Source: a virus
Lineage: Duplodnaviria; Caudoviricetes
Length of the DNA stretch: 35,724 nt
Direction: 5' to 3' (one strand)
IMG/VR virus record: IMGVR_UViG_3300047449_000070
Span: 1-35,724 of that record
This document shows, piece after piece, positions 1-8,600 of the stretch (position 1 is its first letter; every line of letters begins with the position of its first letter). The position numbers and the translations under genes are program-made. A model generated the notes under the pieces. That model had not been told where the DNA came from and ran no database searches. It saw nothing but the letters and a program-made list of their open reading frames with translations.

Positions 1-5
1 GACAA

Positions 6-641
6 ATGCTCGACAATAGTATGCGACATAACCAGTTCCGGGGAATTTTCCGATTCAAGGATGGAGGCAACCTGACAGAAGAAGCATTCAAACGACAACA
101 GAAGCAAGTGGAAAAGCTGAGAAGTATATTCGAGAACAATTCAGTGGCTCTTGCACCCCTTACGGAAGGCATTGAATTGGATGACCTCAGCGCAAAGTCG
201 GCGCAGAAGGATGAGTCCATCAATAACTTGGTCAAGTTAAAACGTGACCTGGTGGATGATGTTGCCAAAATGCTCGGCATTCCACCAAACCTGGTACACG
301 GAGACGTGGCCGACTTGGACAAGACGATGGAAGCCTATGTCGAGTTTTGTATCGTACCGTTGATGAAGAAGATTTCAGACGAGTTGAATGCAAAGTTCTT
401 CTCCCGGAATGAATACCTGAATGGCAAAGTCATCAAAATCATCGGCGTAAACAAAATGAATCCACTGAAGCATGCAGATGCTGCAGACAAACTGGTATCC
501 AGTGGCCCGTATTCACCAAACGATGTGCTTGAAATGTTCGGCGATGAACGTAAGGATGACCCGAATATGGATAAGCATTATATGACTAAGAACTATCAAG
601 TGTTAGACGGAACAGCATCGGAAGGAGGTGAGAATGAATGA
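6..641 (+). CDS. Phage portal protein, HK97 family (5' truncated by window edge)
   Basis: Motif DDVAKMLGIPPNLV...CIVPLMKKISDELNAK is typical of portal C-termini; lies directly upstream of protease and capsid. Confidence 0.85.
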   Translation: MLDNSMRHNQFRGIFRFKDGGNLTEEAFKRQQKQVEKLRSIFENNSVALAPLTEGIELDDLSAKSAQKDESINNLVKLKRDLVDDVAKMLGIPPNLVHGDVADLDKTMEAYVEFCIVPLMKKISDELNAKFFSRNEYLNGKVIKIIGVNKMNPLKHADAADKLVSSGPYSPNDVLEMFGDERKDDPNMDKHYMTKNYQVLDGTASEGGENE

Positions 642-1405
642 CTAGACAACAGTTGATGAAGAACGGTATGAGATACCAGTTCAAAAACGAGGTGCAGGGT
701 GATAAACACGTTCTCACTCTTTCCGGCGTAGTTGCCAAACCTGATTGGATTGATCGGATGCTCGACATTGAAACTATCAATGCACAGGACATCGCAGAGG
801 CACTGGATGATGTGGACATGGATGTCCTCATCAGATTGAATTCCGGTGGTGGCGATGCGTTTGAAGGGATTGAGATTTATAACTATCTCAAGAATCATCC
901 TTCGCATATCACGATTGAAGTTACTGCATTGGCAGCAAGTGCAGCTTCTATTATTGCTGAGTCAGGTGATGAAGTGATTATGGACACGGGGTCATCCATG
1001 ATGATTCATGAAGCGTCGACTATTGCCTGGGGCAATAAGAATGAAATACGAAAAACACTAAATGCTCTTGAAACAATAGATGATTCAATAGTTGATATCT
1101 ATATGGAGCGTACAGGTTTATCAAAAGAGGAACTGGATGAGCTGCTTTCAAATGAAACCTGGATGACCGCTGATGAAGCCGTACAGAAAGGGTTTGCTGA
1201 TAGAAAATCCAGCAGGCAGGCGATTCAAGAAATAGATGACCCGGTGGCCGCACCCGAAATGGAGCCGACGCCGGAAAACAATAAAGTGTTGGAAATGTTA
1301 TCGAAACAGGATGAAAAAATCACTGCGATGAACCAAAAAATCACTGCAATGACAAAACAAAATACAGCACAAAATCAGGAGCCGAAAAGAAGGCTCTATT
1401 TTTAA
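638..1405 (+). CDS. ClpP-like head maturation protease
   Basis: RLNSGGGDAFEG, LAASAASII (catalytic Ser), MMIHEA and ETWMTADEAVQKGFAD motifs; ATGA overlap with portal; GGAGGTG RBS. Confidence 0.92.
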   Translation: MTRQQLMKNGMRYQFKNEVQGDKHVLTLSGVVAKPDWIDRMLDIETINAQDIAEALDDVDMDVLIRLNSGGGDAFEGIEIYNYLKNHPSHITIEVTALAASAASIIAESGDEVIMDTGSSMMIHEASTIAWGNKNEIRKTLNALETIDDSIVDIYMERTGLSKEELDELLSNETWMTADEAVQKGFADRKSSRQAIQEIDDPVAAPEMEPTPENNKVLEMLSKQDEKITAMNQKITAMTKQNTAQNQEPKRRLYF

Positions 1406-1427
1406 TTAAAAAAGGAGAGGTAAATTT

Positions 1428-2606
1428 ATGACAATCAAATTTAAAGATGATATCGAAGCAAATGTAGAGAAGTTCCGCGCTGCTTATTACAACGCGGTTA
1501 AAGAGGGGGCAGAGCCTGAAGAGGTTGAAGCGAAGCACGGGGAATACATGATGGCTTATGGCGAAGCCCTTACAGAGAATGTAATGGAAAGAGCGCGCAA
1601 AGAAGCTCAGAACGGCACTGATGATACTAACATCGCAATCGCCCGCGGACGAAATGTTCTGACTAACGAAGAGCGCAAGTTCTTTAACGAGCTGGTTAAT
1701 CCGAATACCGACACACACAAAGAACCAAAGATTCTTACTGAGACGACCATCGAGCGCGTGTTTGACGACATCAAACAGGAACGCCCGCTGCTCTCCAGAA
1801 TCAGATTCAATCTCGCGGGACTGAATACAAGGTTGATTCTTGCAGATCCATCTGGCCAGGCGGTATGGGGAGAAATATTCGGTAAGATTCAAGGTCAAAT
1901 CGATTCCAACTTCAAAGTAGTCAACTTCTCTCAAAACAAGCTGACAGCATTTGCCTTGGTACCTAAAGACCTGATTAAGTTTGGACCTGAATGGGTGGAA
2001 CGCTTTGTACGTGAACAGATTGCTGAAGCCATCGGTATTCAATTGGAAATCGGGATTGTCAGCGGTGGGGGTTCCACTCTTAACCAACCAATTGGTATGA
2101 CAAAGGATATGGTCAAAGACGAAGATGGAAACATTACTTCGATCACAGACAAGACTTCTACTGGTACACTCACTTTCGCTGATGCAAAGACCACTGCGAA
2201 AGAGCTTGCTCAAGTAATGACGCATCTTTCTACTAAAGAAAATGGAAAGGGTGTCGATGTATCTGGTGGTGTCACGCTGGTCGTTAACCCACAAGATCAG
2301 TTCCTGGTTCAAGCGCAGCATACAATGCAGACACAGAACGGTGCATGGGTCACTTCGCTTCCATTCAACATCAGTGTGGTTGCATCTGAAGGTGTATCAG
2401 CGAACAAGGTGGTCGCACTTGTAGACCGTCGCTATGAAGCCGTACACACTGGAAATGTAGAGTTCAGAAGGTACGACCAGACAATGGCACTCGAAGACAT
2501 GGATGTGTTCATTTCCAAACACTTCGCGCACGGCATGCCAGCTGACAACAAAGCATCTGCTGTATACGACCTTGCGATTGAGCCACTTTCTGAACCAGCT
2601 GTATAA
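1428..2606 (+). CDS. Major capsid protein, HK97 fold
   Basis: 392 aa with an N-terminal helical region; TIERVFDDIKQERPLL, AVWGEIFGKIQGQ and GGGSTLNQPIG motifs; follows the protease. Confidence 0.92.
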   Translation: MTIKFKDDIEANVEKFRAAYYNAVKEGAEPEEVEAKHGEYMMAYGEALTENVMERARKEAQNGTDDTNIAIARGRNVLTNEERKFFNELVNPNTDTHKEPKILTETTIERVFDDIKQERPLLSRIRFNLAGLNTRLILADPSGQAVWGEIFGKIQGQIDSNFKVVNFSQNKLTAFALVPKDLIKFGPEWVERFVREQIAEAIGIQLEIGIVSGGGSTLNQPIGMTKDMVKDEDGNITSITDKTSTGTLTFADAKTTAKELAQVMTHLSTKENGKGVDVSGGVTLVVNPQDQFLVQAQHTMQTQNGAWVTSLPFNISVVASEGVSANKVVALVDRRYEAVHTGNVEFRRYDQTMALEDMDVFISKHFAHGMPADNKASAVYDLAIEPLSEPAV

Positions 2607-2615
2607 ACGACGCTT

Positions 2616-2645
2616 GGCACTAGCGATATAGTGCCTTTATTATTT
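2616..2645 (+). terminator. Putative intrinsic terminator/attenuator after capsid gene
   Basis: GGCACTA-gcgata-TAGTGCC followed by TTTATTATTT. Confidence 0.55.
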
Positions 2646-2667
2646 CAAAATTCAAGGAGGATTCATT

Positions 2668-3021
2668 ATGGAAGTTAAAGTATTGAAAGCATTTCGCGAT
2701 GCACAGACCGCTGAAAAGTACGACGACATGGACAGATATCGAAAAAATGACAAGTTCAAATCAAAGGACTATGACCGTATCAAGGAACTGCAGAAACAAG
2801 GTTACCTGGAGCAAGTCGAAGTTCCTGAGAAGGAGTCAGAAGAGGTAGCAGAGACTACACAGGAAGAAGAATCCCGAAACGAGGAAGATTCACAAGAACA
2901 GGCTGCTGAAACTGAACTGAAGCATGTCGGTGGCGGTTATTATGAGCTCCCGGACGGTAGCAAGGTTCAAGGCAAAGAGGAAGCCCAGAAAGCCCTGGAC
3001 GCACAATCAGAAGAAAAGTAG
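2668..3021 (+). CDS. Acidic hypothetical head-region protein
   Basis: AAGGAGG RBS; E-rich linker and small C-terminal domain LKHVGGGYYELPDGSKVQG. Confidence 0.7.
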   Translation: MEVKVLKAFRDAQTAEKYDDMDRYRKNDKFKSKDYDRIKELQKQGYLEQVEVPEKESEEVAETTQEEESRNEEDSQEQAAETELKHVGGGYYELPDGSKVQGKEEAQKALDAQSEEK

Positions 3022-3031
3022 GTGATGACGT

Positions 3032-3334
3032 ATGACCATCACAGCCGAAATGCTTAAACTGTTCAAGCAGAAGCTAGGCATATATCACAATCACAAGGAT
3101 GAGTATTTGGAAGACCTTCTCGAACAATCATACGCCTTCATATCCAGAAAGTGTGGAGAGTTTTCCATGCAGGAAGACCATGAAGGCGCCGAATTGGTCT
3201 ATGATCGTGCACGGTATGCATACCATGATTCCGTGGAGTATTTCGATGAGAACTTCATGAGCATGGTGATGAACTTCAGCTTGAACAACCTTCCAGTGGA
3301 AACGGGTGATACAAATGACGAGACCACAGTATAG
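3032..3334 (+). CDS. Head-tail connector (gp6/gp15-like)
   Basis: 100 aa, helical; LFKQKLGIYH...ELVYDRARYAY pattern; synteny. Confidence 0.7.
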   Translation: MTITAEMLKLFKQKLGIYHNHKDEYLEDLLEQSYAFISRKCGEFSMQEDHEGAELVYDRARYAYHDSVEYFDENFMSMVMNFSLNNLPVETGDTNDETTV

Positions 3335-3680
3335 ACGGCCGGAAACGGCTGGCTCCGATATTGACACGCCCGTCACCTTCTACAGCAAAGGAGAGGGTGG
3401 GTTCCTACCGGGTGAAGGAAGTGCAGGAGAAAAGCTTTTCTTCTGTCTGGCCGAAATGTATGAAGCGTCCATCAAGGATTATGATGCACTGAATACAACC
3501 GACCTGGAATATGCAATCACTCTCAAGATCCCGCATCCAAGAGAAGATTATATACCCAGGAAGGGGCACGCCTTCGAAGTGGAGGAGTTACTGTATAAGG
3601 ACGTCATCTTCGACATAGAGAATATAGCGCCCGCCGGAGACGGTATGCTCAAAATCGTAGGTGCATCCTATGTCGGGTAA
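3315..3680 (+). CDS. Head closure/head-tail adaptor (SPP1 gp16-like)
   Basis: DTPVTFY...FDIENI pattern and synteny; ATG at 3315 follows a GGGTGA RBS. Confidence 0.6.
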   Translation: MTRPQYRRPETAGSDIDTPVTFYSKGEGGFLPGEGSAGEKLFFCLAEMYEASIKDYDALNTTDLEYAITLKIPHPREDYIPRKGHAFEVEELLYKDVIFDIENIAPAGDGMLKIVGASYVG

Positions 3681-4065
3681 AATTACGGGCATGGATGACA
3701 TGCTCAAAGAATTGGAAAATCGTCTAGGCCCTAAAGAAATGGAACGCCGCGCGACCGAGGCATTGCTCCCCGGTGCTGAGATTGTCTTCGACAATATGAA
3801 ACAGTCGATGCAGTATTTCAAGGATACTGGTGCTTCTGTCAATGAGATGAAGATATCAAGCATACAGACGAGCCGGGGGCGCATCGTCGTCCGCATCTAC
3901 TGGCAAGGGCCAAAGGACAGGTACCGCCTCATCCATCTTAACGAGCATGGTTATACGCGGGACGGCAAGCAGTACACTCCCAAAGGGATGGGCGCTATAG
4001 ACAATTCGGTCAGGCATAGTCGAAAACCGTACTTCGAGACAGTGAGAAAGGGGCTGAACAAATGA
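3670..4065 (+). CDS. Neck/tail protein, HK97 gp10-like
   Basis: KITGMDDMLKELE...DTGAS...RYRLIHLNEHGY motifs; synteny. Confidence 0.7.
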   Translation: MSGKITGMDDMLKELENRLGPKEMERRATEALLPGAEIVFDNMKQSMQYFKDTGASVNEMKISSIQTSRGRIVVRIYWQGPKDRYRLIHLNEHGYTRDGKQYTPKGMGAIDNSVRHSRKPYFETVRKGLNK

Positions 4066-4457
4066 TGGTAATCAGTATCATCCAACAAAAATTATCAGCC
4101 TCTCCACTGATTCAGGAGAAGGTGGGCAGCCGTATATACGGCTATCGGACGACGGACAAGTCAGACACATCCGACACGTTCATCGTCATACGGCCACTTG
4201 ATGTTCCAACACCCGTCAAAGGCGTCAGCAATAACTATCTAGCCGAGACACATTTCTTTCAGATTGATGTCGAGAGCCGGAACCTTGGAACAGCCAACGA
4301 AGTTCAAAACGAAATACGCAGGATCATGCACTCATTCAACCTTTGGCAGCAGCCGAACGGACTGGATGAGTTTTTTAATGAAACACAACGTTTTGTAGAT
4401 GGTCGAAGGTACACTGGTGTGCCAGATGGTCTGTACTACACTCAAAAATTGATATAG
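4062..4457 (+). CDS. Tail completion/terminator protein
   Basis: FQIDVES motif; immediately upstream of the major tail protein. Confidence 0.6.
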   Translation: MMVISIIQQKLSASPLIQEKVGSRIYGYRTTDKSDTSDTFIVIRPLDVPTPVKGVSNNYLAETHFFQIDVESRNLGTANEVQNEIRRIMHSFNLWQQPNGLDEFFNETQRFVDGRRYTGVPDGLYYTQKLI

Positions 4458-4470
4458 GAGGAATGACAAT

Positions 4471-5052
4471 ATGACAACAGTAGGATTTGAAGAAGTTGAG
4501 GTTGGTGTGTTCGATGAAACGACAGGTGATGTTACCCAAACGTTCGTATGGAAGGATGAGAATGGTGGTACTGTTGACCTGACTATCACAGGGCTTGAGC
4601 CGACAATCTCCCGTGTGTCTGCATCCAACAAGACTGTATGGCAGTCCAAGAAAGGTACAGGACAAGTAACGAGCACATTCAACACATTCAACCCGCCAAA
4701 AGAGGACTTGGATATCGTGCTCGGTCGCGAAACAGACGCCAATGGATCTTCATGGGTTGGAGAAGACACACAGGCACCAAACGTGGCAATGATCGCCAAA
4801 GCAAGTGCCCCAGACGGCACCCCTGTCTACTTTGCACTGACAAAAGGCATCCTCGGCTACAACGAGATTGTGATCAACACGAAGACATCTGGTGAAGAAC
4901 AAGTGCCTTCCAATACAACATTGACGGGTTCATGGCAGGACCGGGAAGTGGACGGGAAAAGCCGCGTATTCGGTACGCACGTCGGAGAAGAGAGCTACGA
5001 CACCTTCCGCACATCTGTATTCCCAGGACTCGCTACAGAACCGACGACATAA
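4471..5052 (+). CDS. Major tail (tube) protein
   Basis: 193 aa, beta-rich; TVDLTITGLEP...ASNKTVW motif resembles staphylococcal siphophage tube proteins; GGAGG RBS. Confidence 0.82.
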   Translation: MTTVGFEEVEVGVFDETTGDVTQTFVWKDENGGTVDLTITGLEPTISRVSASNKTVWQSKKGTGQVTSTFNTFNPPKEDLDIVLGRETDANGSSWVGEDTQAPNVAMIAKASAPDGTPVYFALTKGILGYNEIVINTKTSGEEQVPSNTTLTGSWQDREVDGKSRVFGTHVGEESYDTFRTSVFPGLATEPTT

Positions 5053-5055
5053 ACC

Positions 5056-5087
5056 AAAGAGGGAGCACGTCTCCCTCTTTTTTATTT
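5056..5087 (+). terminator. Intrinsic terminator after major tail gene
   Basis: AAAGAGGGAG-cacgt-CTCCCTCTTT plus TTTATTT. Confidence 0.8.
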
Positions 5088-5118
5088 GACTAAACCCACA
5101 TAAAAGGAGACATAAAAT

Positions 5119-5475
5119 ATGGCGATCGAATTGGTATTTAAAGACAAGGACGGCAATGAAAAGAGGGTGAAACGGAATGAAGCAAACCTCCGGGACATGG
5201 AGAGGTTTTTGACCTTCAGGAAATGGGTTCAGAAAGGCCTGAAAGACAAAACGTATGACGAAATTGAAGCGATGAAAAAACAGGTTGAGTTCCTGGTCGA
5301 GTTTTATAAAGAACAGGGTGTCACTGAAGAAGCGCTGCTGGACGGGATAAATTCAGCAACTTTTGACGAACAATTTGAAAACATCTGCAGACAGATATCT
5401 CCCAGTCACTTCGAACGATCAGACAGACTCAAAAAAGGAAATGACTCTGGAGGAAATAAAGAAAAATCTAAATAA
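5119..5475 (+). CDS. Tail assembly chaperone (gpG-like)
   Basis: 118 aa, helical, between tail tube and tape measure; AAGGAG RBS. Confidence 0.75.
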   Translation: MAIELVFKDKDGNEKRVKRNEANLRDMERFLTFRKWVQKGLKDKTYDEIEAMKKQVEFLVEFYKEQGVTEEALLDGINSATFDEQFENICRQISPSHFERSDRLKKGNDSGGNKEKSK

Positions 5476-5629
5476 CATCCGTCGCTACTGCATGAAGCAG
5501 TATGGATGGACGATCAAAGAAGTAGACGAAGCACCATATGAACGCCTGATGGAACTCATCATCGAGAAAGAGCCCGAGAAGAAGGGCGATGTCATGAGTG
5601 CTGACGAGTTTATCAGAACATTGTCATAG
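5432..5629 (+). CDS. Tail chaperone extension (gpT-like), probably reached by frameshift; start uncertain
   Basis: RRYCMKQYGWTIKEVDEAPYERLMELI is gpT-like; overlaps gpG in the +1 frame. Confidence 0.65.
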   Translation, partial: KKEMTLEEIKKNLNNIRRYCMKQYGWTIKEVDEAPYERLMELIIEKEPEKKGDVMSADEFIRTLS

Positions 5630-5645
5630 AAGGGAGGGTGAATGA

Positions 5646-8600
5646 ATGGCAAACGAAGAAGTGCGCGGCTTTAATATAGAGCTTGGACTCGATCATGCAG
5701 GTGTCGATAAGGGGCTCAAGGACTTGCAGCGACAGATGAAGATCACAAACAGCGAGTTTGATAAGAACCTGTCAGCCTTCCAGCGTGGAGAAGAATCCAT
5801 GGAACGGTACGAGACCACCGTTGAAGGGCTCAACAAAAAGATGGGCGTCCAACAGAACATAGTGGAGGAGTCCAAGCGAAAGCTTGATGCACTGCGTACC
5901 ACCTATGATCGTCAGAAACAGGCGCTTGAACAGTCCACACGGACTGTCGAGGACGCACGTAGAAAGTATGAGCAGCTGAATAAGACATACGGTGATGGTG
6001 CGAAGGAACTTCGAGACTCGGAAAAACATCTGAAATCTGCTGAAACGCAGTGGGATAAGCTGTCCAAATCTGTGGAAGATGCAGAGAAGAAATACAAGCA
6101 GATGACCGAAGAATTCGGAGAAGGCTCCAAAGAAGCGAAAGCAGCTGAAAGGGCGTATAAGAAGAAGTCTGATCAACTGCTCGACATGACGCGTACCGTG
6201 GCTGATACACGCGAAGAGTACAATCGCTTGAATCAAAGTTATGGCAAAGGTGTCGATGAGCTCAACAAGGCCGGGAAAGGGCTGGAGAGTGCTCAGAAAG
6301 ATTACGGCAAGCTCACTAAAGCCGTGGAGAAGACCTCAAATGAACTCGACAAGTCTGAAGTCTCCTACAACAATGCTGAGAAAAAGCTCAATGGCATCCG
6401 TCAAAGTCTCGACCGGACCGAATCGAAAATGGAAGAATTCCGACTGGAGCAGGCAAAGAATAATGACAGTCTGGTCAAATTCGGCCGGGGGCTGCAGGAC
6501 AGTGCCGATGATCTCGACAAATACGGAGACGCACTGAACAATGTGGCAGAAAAGGCGCTTGGTATCAGTACCGCTGTGGGTGCTGTTGGTGTCTTTGCAG
6601 GGCTCGGTGCACTGGATGTCGCAAAGTCCTCAACACGGATGCAGAACAGCCTTGGTTTGACTGAAGATGCTGCTATGGATCTCGTGGATACAGCCAAGCT
6701 CATCTATGAAGAGGGCTTCGGGGACTCTTTGGAGAATGTAGACAGCGCAGTGTTCCAAGTGAAACAGAACATCCGTGACTTGAATGATGAGGACCTGGAG
6801 GACATCACGAAGAAAGCAATCATCCTCTCTGAAACATTTGAAGCAGATGTCAACGAGGTCACACGGGCTGCCAACAACCTGATGGAAGGGTTCGGCATAG
6901 AGTCGACTGAAGCCTTCGACTTGATGGCCTACGGCGCTCAAAACGGCCTCAACTTCTCAAATGAACTATTCGACAACCTCAGCGAGTATTCCACCCTGTT
7001 CGGCCACATGGGCTACGATGCAGACGAATACTTCCAACTGCTGCAGAATGGTCTGGATGCCGGAGCGTACAACCTGGACTACATCAATGATGTCATGAAA
7101 GAGTTTCAGATCCGTATCAAGGACAGCTCCGATGCTACAAGTGACGCCTTTGACGGACTCAGTGATGAAACGCAGGCAGTGTGGCGCTCATTCATCGAAG
7201 GGGAAGGGACTGTCAAGGATGTCATGGAGGCCGTCACTGGTGAGCTCTCCACAATGGAGGACCAGACGAAAGCCAACGAAATCGGCGTACAGCTGTTCGG
7301 GACCAAATTCGAAGATCTCGAAGCCGACGCAGTATATGCACTCGGCAATGTGGACGGGGAACTGAAGAATGTGGACGGCACAGCCGGACAGATGGCTGAA
7401 AACCTCGAGAATAGCGTGTCACAGCGTGCGATTGGCGTATGGAGGGAAGCTAAGGATATACTGCTCCCGCTTGGAGAAGTATTACTGGATGTGGCTGAAG
7501 GCGCACTCCCCGCCTTTGAAAATGCTGTAGAGACGGCAACCGACACAATTGCAGGCATGGAGGAAGACACACTCAAAACCATCGGCGCAATCGGTGGTAT
7601 CGTGGCAGTCGCATATCCATCCACCAAAGCACTTGGGTGGCTTGTAAAAGGCGCTGGTCCTGTTATTGGCGTGTTTGGCAAGATGGCCGAAAAGTTCGGC
7701 GAAACAAAGGTTGAAGGTGGCAAAGCTGCAGGCAAACTCGGCGCATTTGGCGGGGTATTACCGACGCTAGCCAAAGGTGGTTCCAAAGCTATACCAGTAC
7801 TCGGCGCTGTCACTACAGCCATCGGACTTGTGGGCGGTGGTTTCAAACTTGCCTACGATAATGTCGGATGGTTCCGTGACGGCGTGGACATGACATGGGA
7901 AACTCTAGAAATGTTCTCCGAAATGGCGATGGAGTTGACAGGCATAACGGCGCTCATTGATATGTTCTCCGGCCTTGACGACGAAATGAATGTTGTTAAA
8001 GAAACTGCTGGAATCGTCTACAACAACATTGCTGAAGGCGCCGAAGAAGCATTCAACGAACGGATCGCCGAGCCGTTTGAAAACTTCAGGGAAATGCATC
8101 GTGATGCAGGTGAAACCGTCGATGTCTTCGGCGGCGATGTATCTGAAATGACGACGCTCGCACTGGAGGACTATGCACGATTATCTGAAGAAGCAAAGCT
8201 TTCTTTGGATGATCTTTATTTCAGTCAAGAGGAAGCCACTACAGCGATGTATGAGGATGTCCAGGAGAAGTATAGACTGATGAACGAAGAAGCCCTCACG
8301 AAACTCCAGGAACGCCGTGAAAATGAATTGGCAGAGTTACAATTCTTGTTTGATGAGACGGACTCGCTCAATGAAACAGAACGCGAACGGATACTTGAAA
8401 AAACGAACGCCCACTATGCCACAGAAGAAGAAAATCTGAACTCTAAAAATGAGCGCATTCAAGAGATTATCAACTTTGCTATGGAAACTGAAGGTGAACT
8501 CACATCACAACATTATGAACAGATTGAGCGTCTGCAGAACGATCACAACACAACTGCTGTCGAAACGCTTTCTCAAGGTGAGGTCGAACAACAAGCAATC

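Noticed and set aside
1314-1352. 21-bp tandem duplication (KITAM twice) in the protease tail
   Set aside because: Real but in-frame within a low-complexity tail; no sign of function.
1341-2321. 326-aa minus-strand ORF
   Set aside because: Antisense shadow of the capsid gene; no recognisable motifs.
2590-2606. Programmed +1 frameshift extension of the capsid (also checked the tail tube end)
   Set aside because: No CCC-TAA-type site at either stop, and hairpins follow both genes.
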